DNA of 64,000 bases from NCBI RefSeq assembly GCF_006345805.1, contig NC_043005.1, forward strand, positions 92,752,001 through 92,816,000. The letters run 5' to 3'. Positions 1 through 13,411 of this stretch are shown here, piece by piece (the stretch's first letter is position 1; the number at the start of each line of letters is the position of its first letter). This DNA is from Octopus sinensis (taxonomy: Eukaryota). The translations under genes were made by a program, and so were the position numbers. The notes beneath the pieces were generated by a model. The model saw only the letters and a list, made by a program, of their open reading frames with translations, ran no database searches and had not been told where the DNA came from.

Positions 1-300
1 AGTGTTAAGCAACAATCCAATTATATAATTATGCTCATCAGTGGTAGCCAACATGGAAGCGAATATGACGACTGCTCTCTATTATCGGAGGTGGATTAGG
101 ACAACCGGTCAGCGGCTGCCTTGCAAAAACTGGTGAAACAAAAAAAAGAAAAAAATGGGCCAGGGAGTTTGGCTAGGAGTTATGCCCCTTGGTTAGGTAT
201 ATTGTGAAGCCAGCAAGAGTTATCTTGAAGTGGAGAAAGTGTGTTTTAATAATGTGGTGCCCCTGCAGGGATGGGGTGTGTGGTATGTGTAGCTGTCTCA
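1..300 (-). mobile_element. Probable 3' end of a Penelope-like element (GIY-YIG C-terminal remnant plus LTR)
   Basis: The minus-strand frame ...PHTPSLQGHHIIKTHFLHFKITLAGFTIYLTKGHNS* resembles the end of PLE ORFs. Downstream lies a CCACTGATGAGC motif typical of PLE LTR hammerheads. Runs off the window start. Confidence 0.4.
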
Positions 301-347
301 TATGTATAATTTTTTCTGGTGGGTGTAGGTATATATAGTGCTGTGTT

Positions 348-349
<2 letters not shown>

Positions 350-382
<33 letters not shown>

Positions 383-450
383 CATACACACACACACAAA
401 CAGAAACACACACACACACACACACAAACACACGCACACACACACATGTA
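350..450. repeat. Compound (TA)n(CA)n microsatellite
   Basis: Direct reading; explains the CV/YI/HT-rich ORFs. Confidence 0.95.
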
Positions 451-917
451 TAAGAAAATATATAAAGGATAGAAAAATAAGAGAAATTTTCTACCTGTGG
501 CTAGCATGCATAAAATAGTCAATAGACAACATATTTTTCATATAAAATTAGTTTACATTCATACACTAAAGAGGTGACTCTAACAAGACACCTTACATGC
601 TAAAAGGAGCAGTCAAAGCCCAAACCACAGTTAAGAGTAATTTTGAAGGGGATGAAATATAAAAACATTTTCAATAGTTACCACATGTATCTAGGTTTTG
701 AACATCAATGAACAAATAAAATGATTTGCTATCTGTGTTCTCTTCAGCACGGGCACTACGATTAATGTATAATTATGGGACAAAAAGACAGCACATGTTG
801 GAACATATATTTTTATTTGTTGCTGACTATAACTGTGCTTGCATGGTGGATTTGAAAAATTATAATGTATAAAGATGAGACATGTGCTATCTATATATAC
901 ACATACACATAAATCTT

Positions 918-1148
918 CATCATTATCATCATCGTCATCATCATCTGTTAACATCTGTTGTCCATGCAGGCATGGGTTGGATGGTAAGCTGAGGGGCTGC
1001 ACAGACTCCAGTCTGATTTGGCATGGTTTTTATGGTTGGATGCCATTCCTAATGCCAAACACACTGAGAGTGTAATGGGTGCTTTTATGTGCCACCAATA
1101 CAGGTGCCATTTGTGTGACGCCAGTATCTGCCATGACTCTGATTTTAC

Positions 1149-1150
<2 letters not shown>
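918..1150 (-). mobile_element. RTE-tail short interspersed repeat, (GAT)n tail
   Basis: (CAT)n followed by the family core ...CCATGC.GGCATGGGTTGGATGG...GGATGCC.TTCCTAATGCCAA seen in many other copies. Confidence 0.85.
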
Positions 1151-1190
<40 letters not shown>

Positions 1191-1659
1191 TAAGATGCAT
1201 ATTGATGTGCATTCATTAGGCTCTCATTATCCCCCAAACTCTTTGGGTTGATATATTTGTGCTTGCCTAGTATGGTCACAATGATTTTTATCAAATTCAT
1301 TTTGCTTCCTGACAATTCCCATTGTGTCTTTCATGGTGATGATATTCTTGTAAGTGTAATATTTTTATTGCTATTTCTGAAGATATCATTTCTATTCTTG
1401 GATTTTGAATGATGCTCTTTCAATGATGAAAAATGAATTCAGTTGTTAATCTTTTCTCAGTGACAGAGGGAATTTCCAAAGGTGAAAAATTTATTCTAAA
1501 GTCAAACTGACATTTTAGAAACTTAAGATACGGTTCGAAAATAATTTTGAATATTGGTAAGGATATTTTAAAAATAATCTCAACATCAGTTTTGGTAAAT
1601 CTAAAAATTAGAGATCAAACATAATGATGGCTGTTGATGGTAAACATTAGCATCTCACA

Positions 1660-2190
1660 CATTTTGCTCTTCTCTTTCTTTCTCTACTCTCTCCGACCAT
1701 TCCGTATCTGGCCTCCACCTATCTAACCTTCATCTCTTGCCTACAGTGACTCTCAGGAATCCTTTCAACTCTTGCCCTTCCTTAGACTATTGTGTCCACT
1801 TTTCCTTACACCTTCTGTCCATACTCACCCCTTACAATAATTGATAGCCCTAGACTCCCCTTATACAAACCACCCTGTCATCTTTTCAAATCTCTCTCTT
1901 TTTCTCAATCCTATTTTTGATCCCTTCTCTTACCCCTGTTCCCTTCCATACTCATCCTACTTTTCCTATTACTTATCATTCTCTCTTCTGTTCTCCCTCA
2001 GTTACAGGGGCCACTTTAGACCACAAAAAAAAAAGCACATTCTGTAAAGTGGTTGGTGTAAAAAAGAGCATCTGGTCATAGAAACTATGCAGACATTGGT
2101 GTTTGGTGTAGTCCTCCAGCTCATCAGACCCTATCAACCTGCCCAATCCATGCCAACATGGATTGGACAGATGTCAAATGATGATGATTA
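1660..2190 (+). mobile_element. RTE-tail repeat with CT-rich upstream module
   Basis: Pyrimidine-rich block then ...GTAAAGTGGTTGG...CCAATCCATGCCAACATGGA...TGATGATGAT; same architecture as 8930-9665. Confidence 0.7.
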
Positions 2191-5100
2191 TGAAAATTTG
2201 ATTTGAACAATTGAAGCCTTTTTGATATGGCAACTGTTCATTGACAGAATGTTGCAACATAGCAAAGATTGAGCTGAGAAGTGATGAGGAAACTGGAAGA
2301 ATATTATGGAAAAAATGTACAACTGTTTTGATAAAGGTCAAGAGAGGGTATGGTTACTGCAACTAAAATGTTTCTTATGTTTTTTCAGCAAACAGAAGGT
2401 TCTGTTAGTATGCCTTTTTACTTTTTGTTTCTGTAAATTTTACATTTCTTTGTTATCTTTTTTTGATGTAGTATCAGGTTTGTAAGTGAAATGGATTTTA
2501 TTTGGATAATTAGAAGCAATCAAATTAAATAATTTCATTTTCTGATATCATCATTAAATAATTTGTCTGTTCCCTCGTGGTTTTGTGTGTGTGTGTGTGT
2601 GTGTGTTGTGTCTGAATGTTCATGCTGTTTGATTCAAGCCCTTATCTTATTAGTTCATTCTCTGCTACTACCATTGTATTGTTTTGTTAGGCAATGTACT
2701 TGCTTAGTCTATCTAGTTGGAGAAGAGTTACTGGTGTAATCATAATGCTTAGAAATAGTATTGAAGTATTAAAAAATATATTTGCTGTAGCAATTCATGC
2801 AAATGCTCAAATTATAGCACCACAAAAAAATTATGCTCAAAGAGAAAAAAGAAAACAAGTTTTTCATGGAATAGCCGACACAGTTTCAGTGATATAATAG
2901 AATCCCTTTAGTTAAACACTTTCAACTCTTCTCTTCATGTCAATAGAATGGAGATGTGAAGGAATCAATGGGAGATGTTTCTCATAAATTGCATTGATTT
3001 GAAATAGAGCAGCAAAATCTTTTATCAAACAAATCCCTACTGTTTTGGGTGTTATGACAACATGTTGCAACTTGTAATTCCTAAGACAACAATGTTCGGC
3101 ATTCAATCAAGGTTTTTTTTTTACGAAGGCTGTAAAACTGACCAAATGATAAACTTCAACCATGTCTTGCCTATTGGAATATATCTCATGTTAACAGTAT
3201 AGAATAAATCTTTACTGTGAGCTGCACATAGAGTACCCCTGCACACATTCCTATTCTACAAGATCACAAGCCCTAGAACACACACACATTTCCCATGCAC
3301 TCTTTTCCAGAAAACGCCCCCAGAGGCAGTCTTTTGTTACCGAGGGACATAATTTTTAACTTAATCTCTACTTTGTTCATTTTATCATATTTTCCACAGC
3401 AGCCACAAACCAGATGTGTCTGTCCACCTCCAACAATAGAAAGCAGGTTTACATAATCTGGTTGTTACCTAACACTCTCTTGAACCCCTACTGCAAAATT
3501 GATTGATAAGATCACACATAACAGATTTATAATGCGGTACACTTTGATTAACATGTGTGTGTGTATGTAGTAGAAAATTAAGCTAAACATCAGAATAAAT
3601 ATTTAGTTTCTCCATACATGACATTAGATCACAGTAACAGGATGCAATAAAGTGTTCCCCTGATGGTCTGTTTGTGGTTGGTATCCAAATGCATTTGGAG
3701 CACCTAATACTGAGTTCCAAATAGCTGTGATGGTGACATGTATGTTGGAACTGTATACTAGTGCTGGTGTTTAACTTAATATTCCACTACAAGTGTTCTG
3801 TATATCATAACTAGTAACACTGCAAAGTACTGTAATCGACTAACCACTATACTAGAAGCTGACTCAATTATGATAATCTTTGTGTTGTAGCCATACATCT
3901 AACTGAACACATAACACACACGTTTTTTTTATATATAAAACAAAAATTTTGTTTTTTATAAAAAAAAAATACAAACTAAAAACTGTTTTTGCTTTCTTTG
4001 TAATTTTTACTAAAATTTGGACTAAAAATTAGCAGGCAATCAATTAAATAGCAATTAGATTTAGTAAAATCAGAAATATCTAACCTTTTTGTTGCTGAGT
4101 GTTGGTTGGTAGCAGTAGGAAACAATAAATATTTCTACATATATACACTCACTACAGTAATTTTGTATTTTATTTTAAATCTGAAGATATTAAATGCAGA
4201 TAAAATATAATTGAAACAACAAATAAGATTTGCTAAATATACTGAGATATGATAGGACAAGAACATTCCAGAAAGTCCACAACTTCAACTGTTTTAACTC
4301 GCAATTTGCCAAGACTCAGCAATAAATATTTGTTTTGTTGTGAAGTTTTTCTTTTTAGATATTGATATGGTTTGAAGATGGTGTTGTTATGTTTTTTGTG
4401 ATGTTTTGCTTTTATAAATTTTTTTCTATTGTTGGGAACTAACATATATCATAAGTTTTTCCCAAAGTACAGGGTTAGTAACTAAAAGAAAGGAGCAGGG
4501 GAAACAGTATAAGGAATTGGAATATCAAAAGGCCCTTAAAAAAACAGAACAAAACAAAAGCAAAAAATAACATAAGTGGGAGACAAGAAAATAAAAATAC
4601 ATAGGAACAAGAAGTTCTGTAACATGAACTACAGGGTGTGTACATTGAAAAGTTTGTAAATATTGTTTCCTGTTTGGAAATCCTAAGGGACTCGAGGTTC
4701 CCATGAAATTCAAAGATGAATACAGAATACAAGCCTTAGAAAAGTATGTTTTAATGAAATCATAGTATTAATGCCACATTTGATAAGAGGACAAATGAAG
4801 ACCTTTTGAAACATAAACAGTTATTTTCTCAAAAACAAAATCTGCATTATTCTTAGAAATTTTGTATAAATTTCTTTTTGCATTTTTTGGTCAGTTTCTC
4901 ACACTTACATAGAAGACTGAATTTGTCAGTAAAATCAGAAACATGCTTTTTAAATATTCAAACTGAATATTTGTACTGATGGTTTCTCCGTTTAATATCA
5001 TGCACTCAGCCATAATATTCAATGATGTCTCTCTTTGAATATAAAGCAGCTCAATGGAGAAATAACACAATAATTGGAGTAAGACTTGTTCTTGTTTCAT

Positions 5101-5369
5101 CTCAGATCATACAGGAACCAGCAAATCTCCAATCAAAATCATTCTAGCTGTGACCATCTTTTGTCTTTCTAATGAGATTGCATTGTCTTACACTAGCACA
5201 AACACTGCCTTCCAGCTGGCTGTCTGCTGGATTGTGTAATACTTATTATCTTTTTTGTTCATTGTTTCATTTCCTAATGTGAGCCATTTAGGTGCGATTT
5301 GTGGGTATTTGGCTGCTATTTATTTGGAAAAGGTAAAATTATGGTTATTGTGTTTAAGAGAGGTTATGA

Positions 5370-5530
5370 GCTGTATGGTGTAAAAGGGTGTGGCAGGTGG
5401 TTGGAGCAAGGCTGGCAATGTCTCACATTTACATTGTGCAACACCTTGAGCAAGTTTCTTCCCTAGTCCCGAGCTAACCAAAACCTTATGAATGAATTTG
5501 GCAGATGGAAACTGAATAAAATCCATTGCA
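5370..5530 (+). mobile_element. tRNA-headed SINE (degenerate)
   Basis: CACCTTGAGCAAG...CCAAA.CCTT.TGA.TGAATTTGG.AGATGGAAACTGAA core shared with 20625, 29335 and 54030. Confidence 0.7.
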
Positions 5531-5636
5531 CATGCACACACACACACACGTGTATATATATATATATATATACAGATATGCATATATAGATATATATATA
5601 TCTATATACATACATATGCACACACACACACACACA

Positions 5637-6005
5637 TATCATCATCATCATTTAACGTCCATTGTCCATGTTGGACGGTTTGACCAGGGCTGGTAAGCTG
5701 GAACGCTGCACCAGACCCCAGGTTTTCTACAGCTGGATGCCCTTCCTAATGCCAACCCATCTGAGAGTGTAATGATTGCTTTTACGTGCAACTGGAATGG
5801 GAGCTATTTGTGTGACACCGGTATCTGCCATGACTGATTTTGCTTGGCTTGATGGGTCTTCTTTTCAAGCACGACATAATACCAAAGGTCTCAGTCATTG
5901 CTTCCGTGAAGGTCAACACTTTAAAGGAACTCAGCCACTTTGCCTTTGTCAAGCCCAATACTCAAAAGGAACTTAGCCACTTTGCCTCTGTGAGGCTCAA
6001 TGCCA
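5637..6005 (-). mobile_element. RTE-tail repeat with 42-bp subrepeat head
   Basis: (CAT)n tail, family core, RTE ORF2-end motif (GCTTGGCTTGATGGGTCTTC...AAGCAC), then AAAGGAACT.AGCCACTTTGCC units matching 17398-17523 in reverse. Confidence 0.85.
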
Positions 6006-6494
6006 AATAATTGAACTAGCGAGTAGGTTTATGAGCAGCATGGTAATCTCTGTTTCTGATTGACCTAGGAAGTAATACCTTAACAGTATGGTCAATCTAA
6101 CCCATGTCAGCAAGGAAAAATAGATGTAAAACTGAATTACCCTCCCCCCCCCCACACACACACATTAACATTAATGGCATTGTACATACTGAATCTTCTT
6201 CATAATCTGTGAAACACAGAAGCCTGTGGCTGATTATTTCTTGCATCTGGTTTGCATTTGTTGCATTTCTGTAACAGGATATTTTACAGGGTGGAGTTGT
6301 TCCACACCCAGCTTAAAACATGGAAGGTTAAGCACTGCTTTTGGTTTCATCTTAGCCTTGAAACTTGTCTGGCATGGATGGATTCGTCAGGTGTATGAGC
6401 CTCACCTTTGGAGCCATAGAAGTACAAAAGCTCTCTCAAGGTCAGACTCTGCTTATATTAGATATCTTAAATAGGATTCCATTAACTTTGTAAT

Positions 6495-6636
6495 ATATTA
6501 TACATACATGCACTCATACACATTACATACATACACACTCATGCACATACATACATACATACATACACACATACATACATACACACATACATACATACAT
6601 ACATACATACATACATACATACATACATACATACAT
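6495..6636. repeat. (CATA)n tetranucleotide microsatellite
   Basis: Direct reading. Confidence 0.95.
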
Positions 6637-6824
6637 CCTGCTGGATTGTTAATCCCTACATATTTTTTTCTCTCTCTCCATTTTCCTCTCTCATTCCTTT
6701 CTGTTAAAGAACATAGGCTTGAAATGTTGAATACTTTTCCATTCTTCCTGACCATCAAACTAATACACCTGCTAGTCGTTTCCTCACCTGTCTTCATCAT
6801 TTGTTTTCTGTCAATTTGAACTAT

Positions 6825-7285
6825 ATCATCATCATCCTCATCATCATTGTTTAACGTCCGTTTTCCATGCTGGCATGGGTTGGACGTTTTGACTGAGGTT
6901 TGGAGAGCCAGTGGCTGCACCAGGCTCCAATCTGATCGGCAAAGTTTCTACAGTTGGATGTCCTCCCTAATGCCATTCACTCTGAGAGTGTAGTGGGTGC
7001 TTTTTATGTTTCACTGGCACAGCAGCCAGTCATGCAGGCCTGGCATCAATTACATTTGGATGGTGCTTTTATGTGCCACTGGCATGGGAGTCGGTCTGGG
7101 GGTACTGGAATTGGCCACGTTCGGTTGGTGCTTATTATGTTCCACTGGCATGGAAGCCAGTCAGGTGGACCCAGCATCGATCACATTTGGATGGTGCCTT
7201 TTACATGCCACTGGCACGGGAGCCAGTCAGGGGGTACTGGCATCAGCATGTTCAGTGTCAGTACTCCTTGACTGGCTCCCATGCT
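6825..7285 (-). mobile_element. RTE-tail repeat with ~60-bp internal tandem units
   Basis: (CAT)n tail, core, then about 4 degenerate units TGGTGC.TTT.ATG(T)GCCACTGGCA.GG. Confidence 0.85.
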
Positions 7286-7563
7286 AGTAGATACATATAT
7301 ATATATATATATACACACACTCACACACCAAATATTCATTTCCAATCTTCCATGAAAACATGTCTGGCCATGAGGAAATGTTACCTTAGTTGAAAGCAAG
7401 TGAGAGTTGGCGACAAGAAAGGCATCCAGCTTTAGAAAATCCCCTTGAACAAATTCCATCTGAACTCTGCAGACGTAATGGTGATAATGTATATCCTCTC
7501 TTTAACTCTTGTTCTTGAAACAATTATTTGAGCAACAAATCTATTTATTCAGATATAAATGAA

Positions 7564-7720
7564 GGCATGACTATGTGGTTAAGCAGTTTAGCCACAAGAT
7601 TCTGGGTTCAATTTCACTGCTCAGTACTGTCAGCAAATGTCTTCTATTATAGTAACGGTTCAGCAGAAACTTTCTGAGTGAAATTTCATTGACAGAAATT
7701 GTACAGAGGTTTGAGTAAAT
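7564..7720 (+). mobile_element. tRNA-headed SINE
   Basis: GGCATGACTATGTGGTTAAG (A-box-like) and GGGTTCAATTTC (B-box-like) followed by the family body. Confidence 0.7.
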
Positions 7721-7805
7721 TTAATATAAACACACACACATGCACACATGTAGACACAGACACACACAGACACACATAGACACACACACACACACATGAA
7801 GAGTT

Positions 7806-8930
7806 AGTGAGAGCTATACAAACTGTGTACAGGGATGCTGTCAGTAAGGTGAAAGTCAGCAATGCGTATAACAAGGAATTAAGTGTGCATGCCAGAGTTC
7901 ACCAAGGATCAGTTCTCAGCACCCTGTTGTTTATCATAGTCCTCCAGGAATTTAAGACTGGCTGCTTTTGGAAGCTCCACTATGCTGATGACCTTGCTTT
8001 CATAGCTGAATCACTACCTCAACTAGAGGAGAAATTTCTGGTGTGGAAGCAAGGTCAGGAACCAAAAGACCTAAGAGTTAATTTAGCAAAAACCAAAGTA
8101 TTAAGTAAGCAAGAAAGCAGTCAAATTACTAATCCCTTCTGGGAAATGACCCTGCTTAATATGTAGAAAAGGTGTATGTAGAAATACCATACAGTGTACC
8201 TAGTGCAAGCTATGGACACATAAGAGGTGCAATGGAATAACAGGAAGGTTAACAGAGAGAGTAATCTTTGTGTGTGGCAGATGTGTAGGTCCATTAAACA
8301 ATCAGAATAAACAGGAAATAGACTACCTCGAATGTCTGGGGTGGATTCTGGGAAGTAGTAGATAGTTTCTGTTACTTAGCTGACCAAGTTAGCATTGTAG
8401 GGGATAGTTCTGAAGCATGCCTACCAGAATAAGAATGGGCTGGGCAAAGTTCAGAGAATTATTACTTTTGTTGGTAACAAAGGGCCTCTCCCTCAAAGTG
8501 AAAGGCAAATTGTATGATGCCTGTATACAAACGGCTATACTTCATGGCAGTGAGATATGGGCTGTGACTATTGAGGACATGTGAAGTGTGAAAAAAATGA
8601 AGCCAGCATACTCCACTGGATGTGCAATGTCAGTGTGCATGTATGAGAAAGAGTGTCTTAAGAGGAAAATTGGGTATAAGAGGCATCAGATGTAGTGTGA
8701 AGACTGTGCTGATTTGGTCATGTGATGTGTATGGATGAGGACAGCTGCATAAAGAAGTGCCAATCTCTAATTGTAGAGGGAACATGTGAAAGAGGAAGAT
8801 CCTGGAAGACATGGGATGGAGCGGTGAGAAAGAACCTTCAGACTTTGAGCCTCACAGAGGAGATGATAAAGGTCTGAGATTTCTGGTGGTTTGTTGTGCT
8901 TGAGAAAACCTGTGAAGCTAAGTGAAAATG
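7806..8930 (+). mobile_element. 5'-truncated RTE-clade LINE, reverse transcriptase C-terminal half (pseudogenised)
   Basis: ORF 7807-8166 contains VHQGSVLSTLLF and YADDL RT motifs and LRVNLAKTKV. Downstream frames give LHGSEIW and RTE-typical C-terminal text with stops and frameshifts. Confidence 0.93.
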
Positions 8931-9665
8931 TGGCTGTACATTTAGGCAGGTTCTTTACAACCATGCTCTCCCCAACACAATCTGTCCTATGTCAAAACTC
9001 CCCCCACAACCTCCCTACCCCCACTGATGATCACCACCCACTACAGACCCCTCCACTCACCCTCCTGTGCCCAACCACACTCTCTCCATGCCCTTACATA
9101 CCTACCACACCCCAACCAGTCACTGCAATTCCTCTCCTCATCATGTGCCATCTTCACCTCTTCCCCATTTCTAATCATCTCCTTTCCACCCCTCTACCAC
9201 TTGTATTCCCCGTCCCCCTCTACTGTGTAGCTATGTTCCAGTGCATCACCAACACCATCTTTCCCCCCACTCTCTCTCTCTAACTCTGTCTCTCCTTTCT
9301 TTTCCTACTGGGGTAGCCATATATCTCTTCAATAGTAAGAGGCCCCTCTATTGTTCTTTAACCTCTCAACCAGCACAAAACCACCTCCCTCAGTACCACT
9401 CTCTCTCCCAGCTCAGGAGTCTTTGTGTTGTAAGTTGCTTGGCAACCCAGCTGATGCTGGTACCACATAAAAAGTGCCAAGTCCACTCTGTAAAATGGTT
9501 GGCATTAGGAAGTGTATCCAGTCAAAGAAACCATGCGAAGGCAGAGAAGGGAGCCTGGCGCAGCTCTCTGGACTGCTAGCTCCTGTCAATCGATCCAACC
9601 CATGCCAACATGGAAAACAGATGTTAAATAATGATGGCGATAATGATGATGGTGATGATGGTGAT
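8930..9665 (+). mobile_element. RTE 3' region with CT-rich module and (GAT)n tail
   Basis: Directly follows the RTE ORF end; ends with GGCATTAGGAAG...CCAACCCATGCCAACATGGAAAA...GATGATG. Confidence 0.75.
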
Positions 9666-9681
9666 TATATATATATATATA

Positions 9682-10165
9682 TATAATATATTGTGAAATA
9701 ATATCAGGAAATTAATATCAGAAAAATTCTTCAGAAAGATATATACATGTGTAGAATAATTATTGTATTAAAAATATAAATATATATAAAAAATATATGT
9801 AAATATGTATAAATATAAATATATAATAATAGAGACAATACTTTTGCGAAACGATCGTAAAGTGCTTTAAAAACTTAATTTTAAACTGTCATATTTATTA
9901 TTATTATATATTTATACTTATACATATTTACATATATTTTTATATATATTTATATTTTTTACTACAATAATTATTCTACACATATATATATCTTTCTGAA
10001 GAATTGTTCTGATATTAATTTCCTGATATTATTTCACAATATATTATAGATAATAGCTTGTATTAAATATATAAATACTTTAATAGTATTAATACTTTGA
10101 TACAAAAGAGCACTAACTGTAAATTCAGTATAGAATATTCTTATAGAATATATTTAACTAAAGAT
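9682..10165 (+). mobile_element. Penelope-derived fold-back (149-bp inverted arms) with partial hammerhead in the loop
   Basis: 9682-9830 is the near-perfect reverse complement of 9900-10048. The spacer contains GAGACAATACTTTTGCGAAACGATCGTA. Confidence 0.6.
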
Positions 10166-13100
10166 TTATATATATATGTATATGTGTGATATGCTATGAT
10201 ATATGCGTGTAAATATAGAAGTGAAATAGCTGAAAAAGTTATGTTTTAAAATAGTTGGGTCCATAAGCTTCCCTGTTCCAATCTGATGCAGATATTTCAT
10301 CTCTTCTGGAGAGAGAGCACCTTATTTGGCATTACCTCTGTTCATTTAGTTGTTGGAAACAGGAACCAAATAATTTGGAAACGTTTCCTCAGCTACATTG
10401 ACATTCAGTGCAAGAGAGAATTCTCTTGATTTATTTAATGACATGCAACTGCAATTAAGAACTGAATTGCATAAAATCTTCAGAATTTAGAAGACATTTT
10501 ATATTTTATGAATGCATATGTAAATATTAGCGGATAGATATCAATTAAAATGAAGTTCAGAGAAAATCAGAAGAGATGAGGCTACTGATCAACACATGTT
10601 ATTCTGGTAACACTTTGCTTCGAAAAAATGTAGAAAGTTACTTTTAATGACCAGGAAATATATATTAAGAAGAAGTTTTCCAATTGATATAGAATGATAA
10701 GAAAGTAAAACATACCTCAAGAATAATATATAATTTGATATATACTGTATTTGATTGACTATAAGATGCACCTTTTTTTTTTTTACCCCAAAATGGCTTA
10801 AATATCCTCCCTGCGTCCAATCACTCAATGTAGGCTCAAAACTCACTCAAAACAGTATGTATGTTTACAAAATGTGTGCTGCCATCTATTGGTGAACAAT
10901 CGCCTACAGTATGTTTATATCAAATGTGGATGCAATAAATTGCTTATAATTACTGGTAATAACATAAAGTTATACAGGGAAGTGGAGGAATTAAAACATT
11001 ATTTTAGTGGTAATTTATTTTACAAAAGTATAGCCTAGGCCAGGGTGCACCCTATGCATTTGTGCATCTTATAGGTCATCAATTATGGTAACAATAAAGG
11101 ATTTTTGTTGTTGATTGGAGATGGTGCCTGACTGTGAAGTAGAATATTTCTTTTGCCCTACAGATATTGGTTTAGTCTTTCCCAAATAAAAACTCATTAG
11201 TTTGAATGAAAAAGTGTTTTTGTCATTTCATAAAATAAGGCAGAAATATAAAATTTTTTTTTTCTAATGTTGTTACTCTGTGAAATTCATTGAATAGTTC
11301 AATGGAAGCATTCTTTTGGGAATCATAAACACAGAGATGGTGTCGAGGACAAGAGTCATGTTTCATAGATGAAGAAAATGAACAAGGAGTAGATTTCTCA
11401 AAGGGGTATTTTAAATTGTTTTGCTTATTTTTTGGCTTTATCATCTGGATAAACTGATTTAGAAAAGAGATGGTATTATATCAGAATTTTGAGAAAGTAT
11501 TTTATATAAAAGAATTTTAGGCATTTTTGGTTCATGGTAGAATGATTCTGCAACATTTTCAAGACTAATATGGGTCCAAGCTTAACAATCTAGAGTACCT
11601 CAGTAGTTTATTTCTGTCGAAATTTAACCTCACCTTTAAAACATGTTAACTTATATTTAAGCGAATTAAGTGAAATTAAATCCCAGCTACTTCCTTCCAA
11701 AACTTCAACAGTTTCGCTGCCAGATCATACTGACCTACTTTCAGCTACCAGATCATACTGACCTACTTTTAAAGGCTTTCTTTCATTCTCTTCAAGCCTT
11801 ACCTCTGTTGTTGATTAGGAGTCATGGACTTCATAATTCAAAGAATTAACGTTGTTATTTCATATCCAGTAAGTACTGACTTGCTGGCAATGCTTTTACC
11901 ATTCTTTTATCACAGAAGATATTTTGATTTTGTGACTCTTTATTCTAAACTATCTGGCAGAAGAATGACTTGCAGTTTAAGATATTAGACTACTGATGAC
12001 AAGGCTGTATGTTTAAATCTTTGCTTGAGAGCCATTGTTTTGTACATATGAACCAGGCCTCTAACTCTACTTATATTAGTTTGTCTAAATAGATAAAGAA
12101 CAGAGTAATTCTACAGATGTAAGTATAAAAGCAAAAAAAAAATGGTGTGAAACAGCAAAAAAAAAAAAAGATCTAATATATCTATATTGAAAATCTATTG
12201 CATCATGTAAGTTCTGTATTCACTGTAAGACCCTACTATCTTTGGATTTGTTGCAGAGCATAAAGGGTGCTGAAAATAATAAATAGAATCACATGGACCT
12301 TCATATTTGCAAATTCTTGTTTAGAGTTTTATAAACATTATCTTTTTCGGGTAACATCACAGAAGGTCTATCTCTCCAAAGTGGTATCATGTAATATCCC
12401 CCCTTTGTTGTATAGAAGAATGTCATTTCAATGGAGTTTGAATATTAAAGTAAATGAAATGACTGAACTGAAATTGCAATTAGTCATGCAGGTTGTAATG
12501 ATGTTTTCAGTTTAATTATCCTTGTATATGATTTAAGTTTGTGACTGTCTTAGTGATGGGCGATATTGGATCTGCTGTTTATATGGTGCTTTGTTATTCA
12601 TTCTAAAGCTCTCCAACATGGCACTTCTGGTCTCAATTCAATATCAAGACAAAATACTGTTTAATATTTTTACTTCAGATTTTAGAAAGTTAGATCTCAT
12701 AGATAACACTGGATCTGAATGAATGAAATACTCCTGTAACACCTGTCCAATTCATCTGTAAAAACAATTAAGGTTCTAAGCTGTAATGTTTAAAAACTAT
12801 AAATGTAGATTATTTAAAACTTAATTTTGTATATTAATTTTGTTTTTTTCCCTCTCCAGTTAATAATATCAATTTACTTCCACAATTAAATGATTATAAA
12901 TTTGGACAACCTCTTTCTGAAGAATAAAAATAACCCATTATGAATGCTACAGTCAAATGGCAGAAATCAGTAAAACTATGTTCTCAAAAATGGTTAAAAA
13001 TAACTTTTTATGGTTCAAAATAGATTTATTTCTATTTTGAGCCATTAAAATAGCTTCAAGCTAATGTTTTGTTTGTATTTTTGATAACTAAATTCATTTC

Positions 13101-13411
13101 TATATTTTGAGTATTTAGCACCAATATATCCTTTGAAAACATTTGGTTAATCTGAAAAGAAGCAAGTCTCTCAGCTTCCAGTTGATTTAGTGTTGGTTGG
13201 GTCAGGATTACCGCTATGATGTTTTTTGCCAGTCTACAGATTATCAAATTAGAGATAGCTTCATTGTAATTAATATTGAATTAACGGGTTGATTAACAGC
13301 TACATAGATCATTTGCTTTTAATGAGTGAATTCTAAAAGAGTCCTAGTCATTAAGCTACAAACCATGAAATCTCCAAATCAAACCAGATGAAAAAATGTG
13401 TGAAACAAATG

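Noticed and set aside
2255-2347. Possible + exon ECCNIAKIELRSDEETGRILWKKC...
   Set aside because: Unrecognised peptide, and the following intron to the next acceptor would be only ~41 nt.
12267-12515. 82-aa ORF and nearby acceptor-like sites (12682, 12858)
   Set aside because: No recognisable domain and no consistent phase chain between candidate exons.
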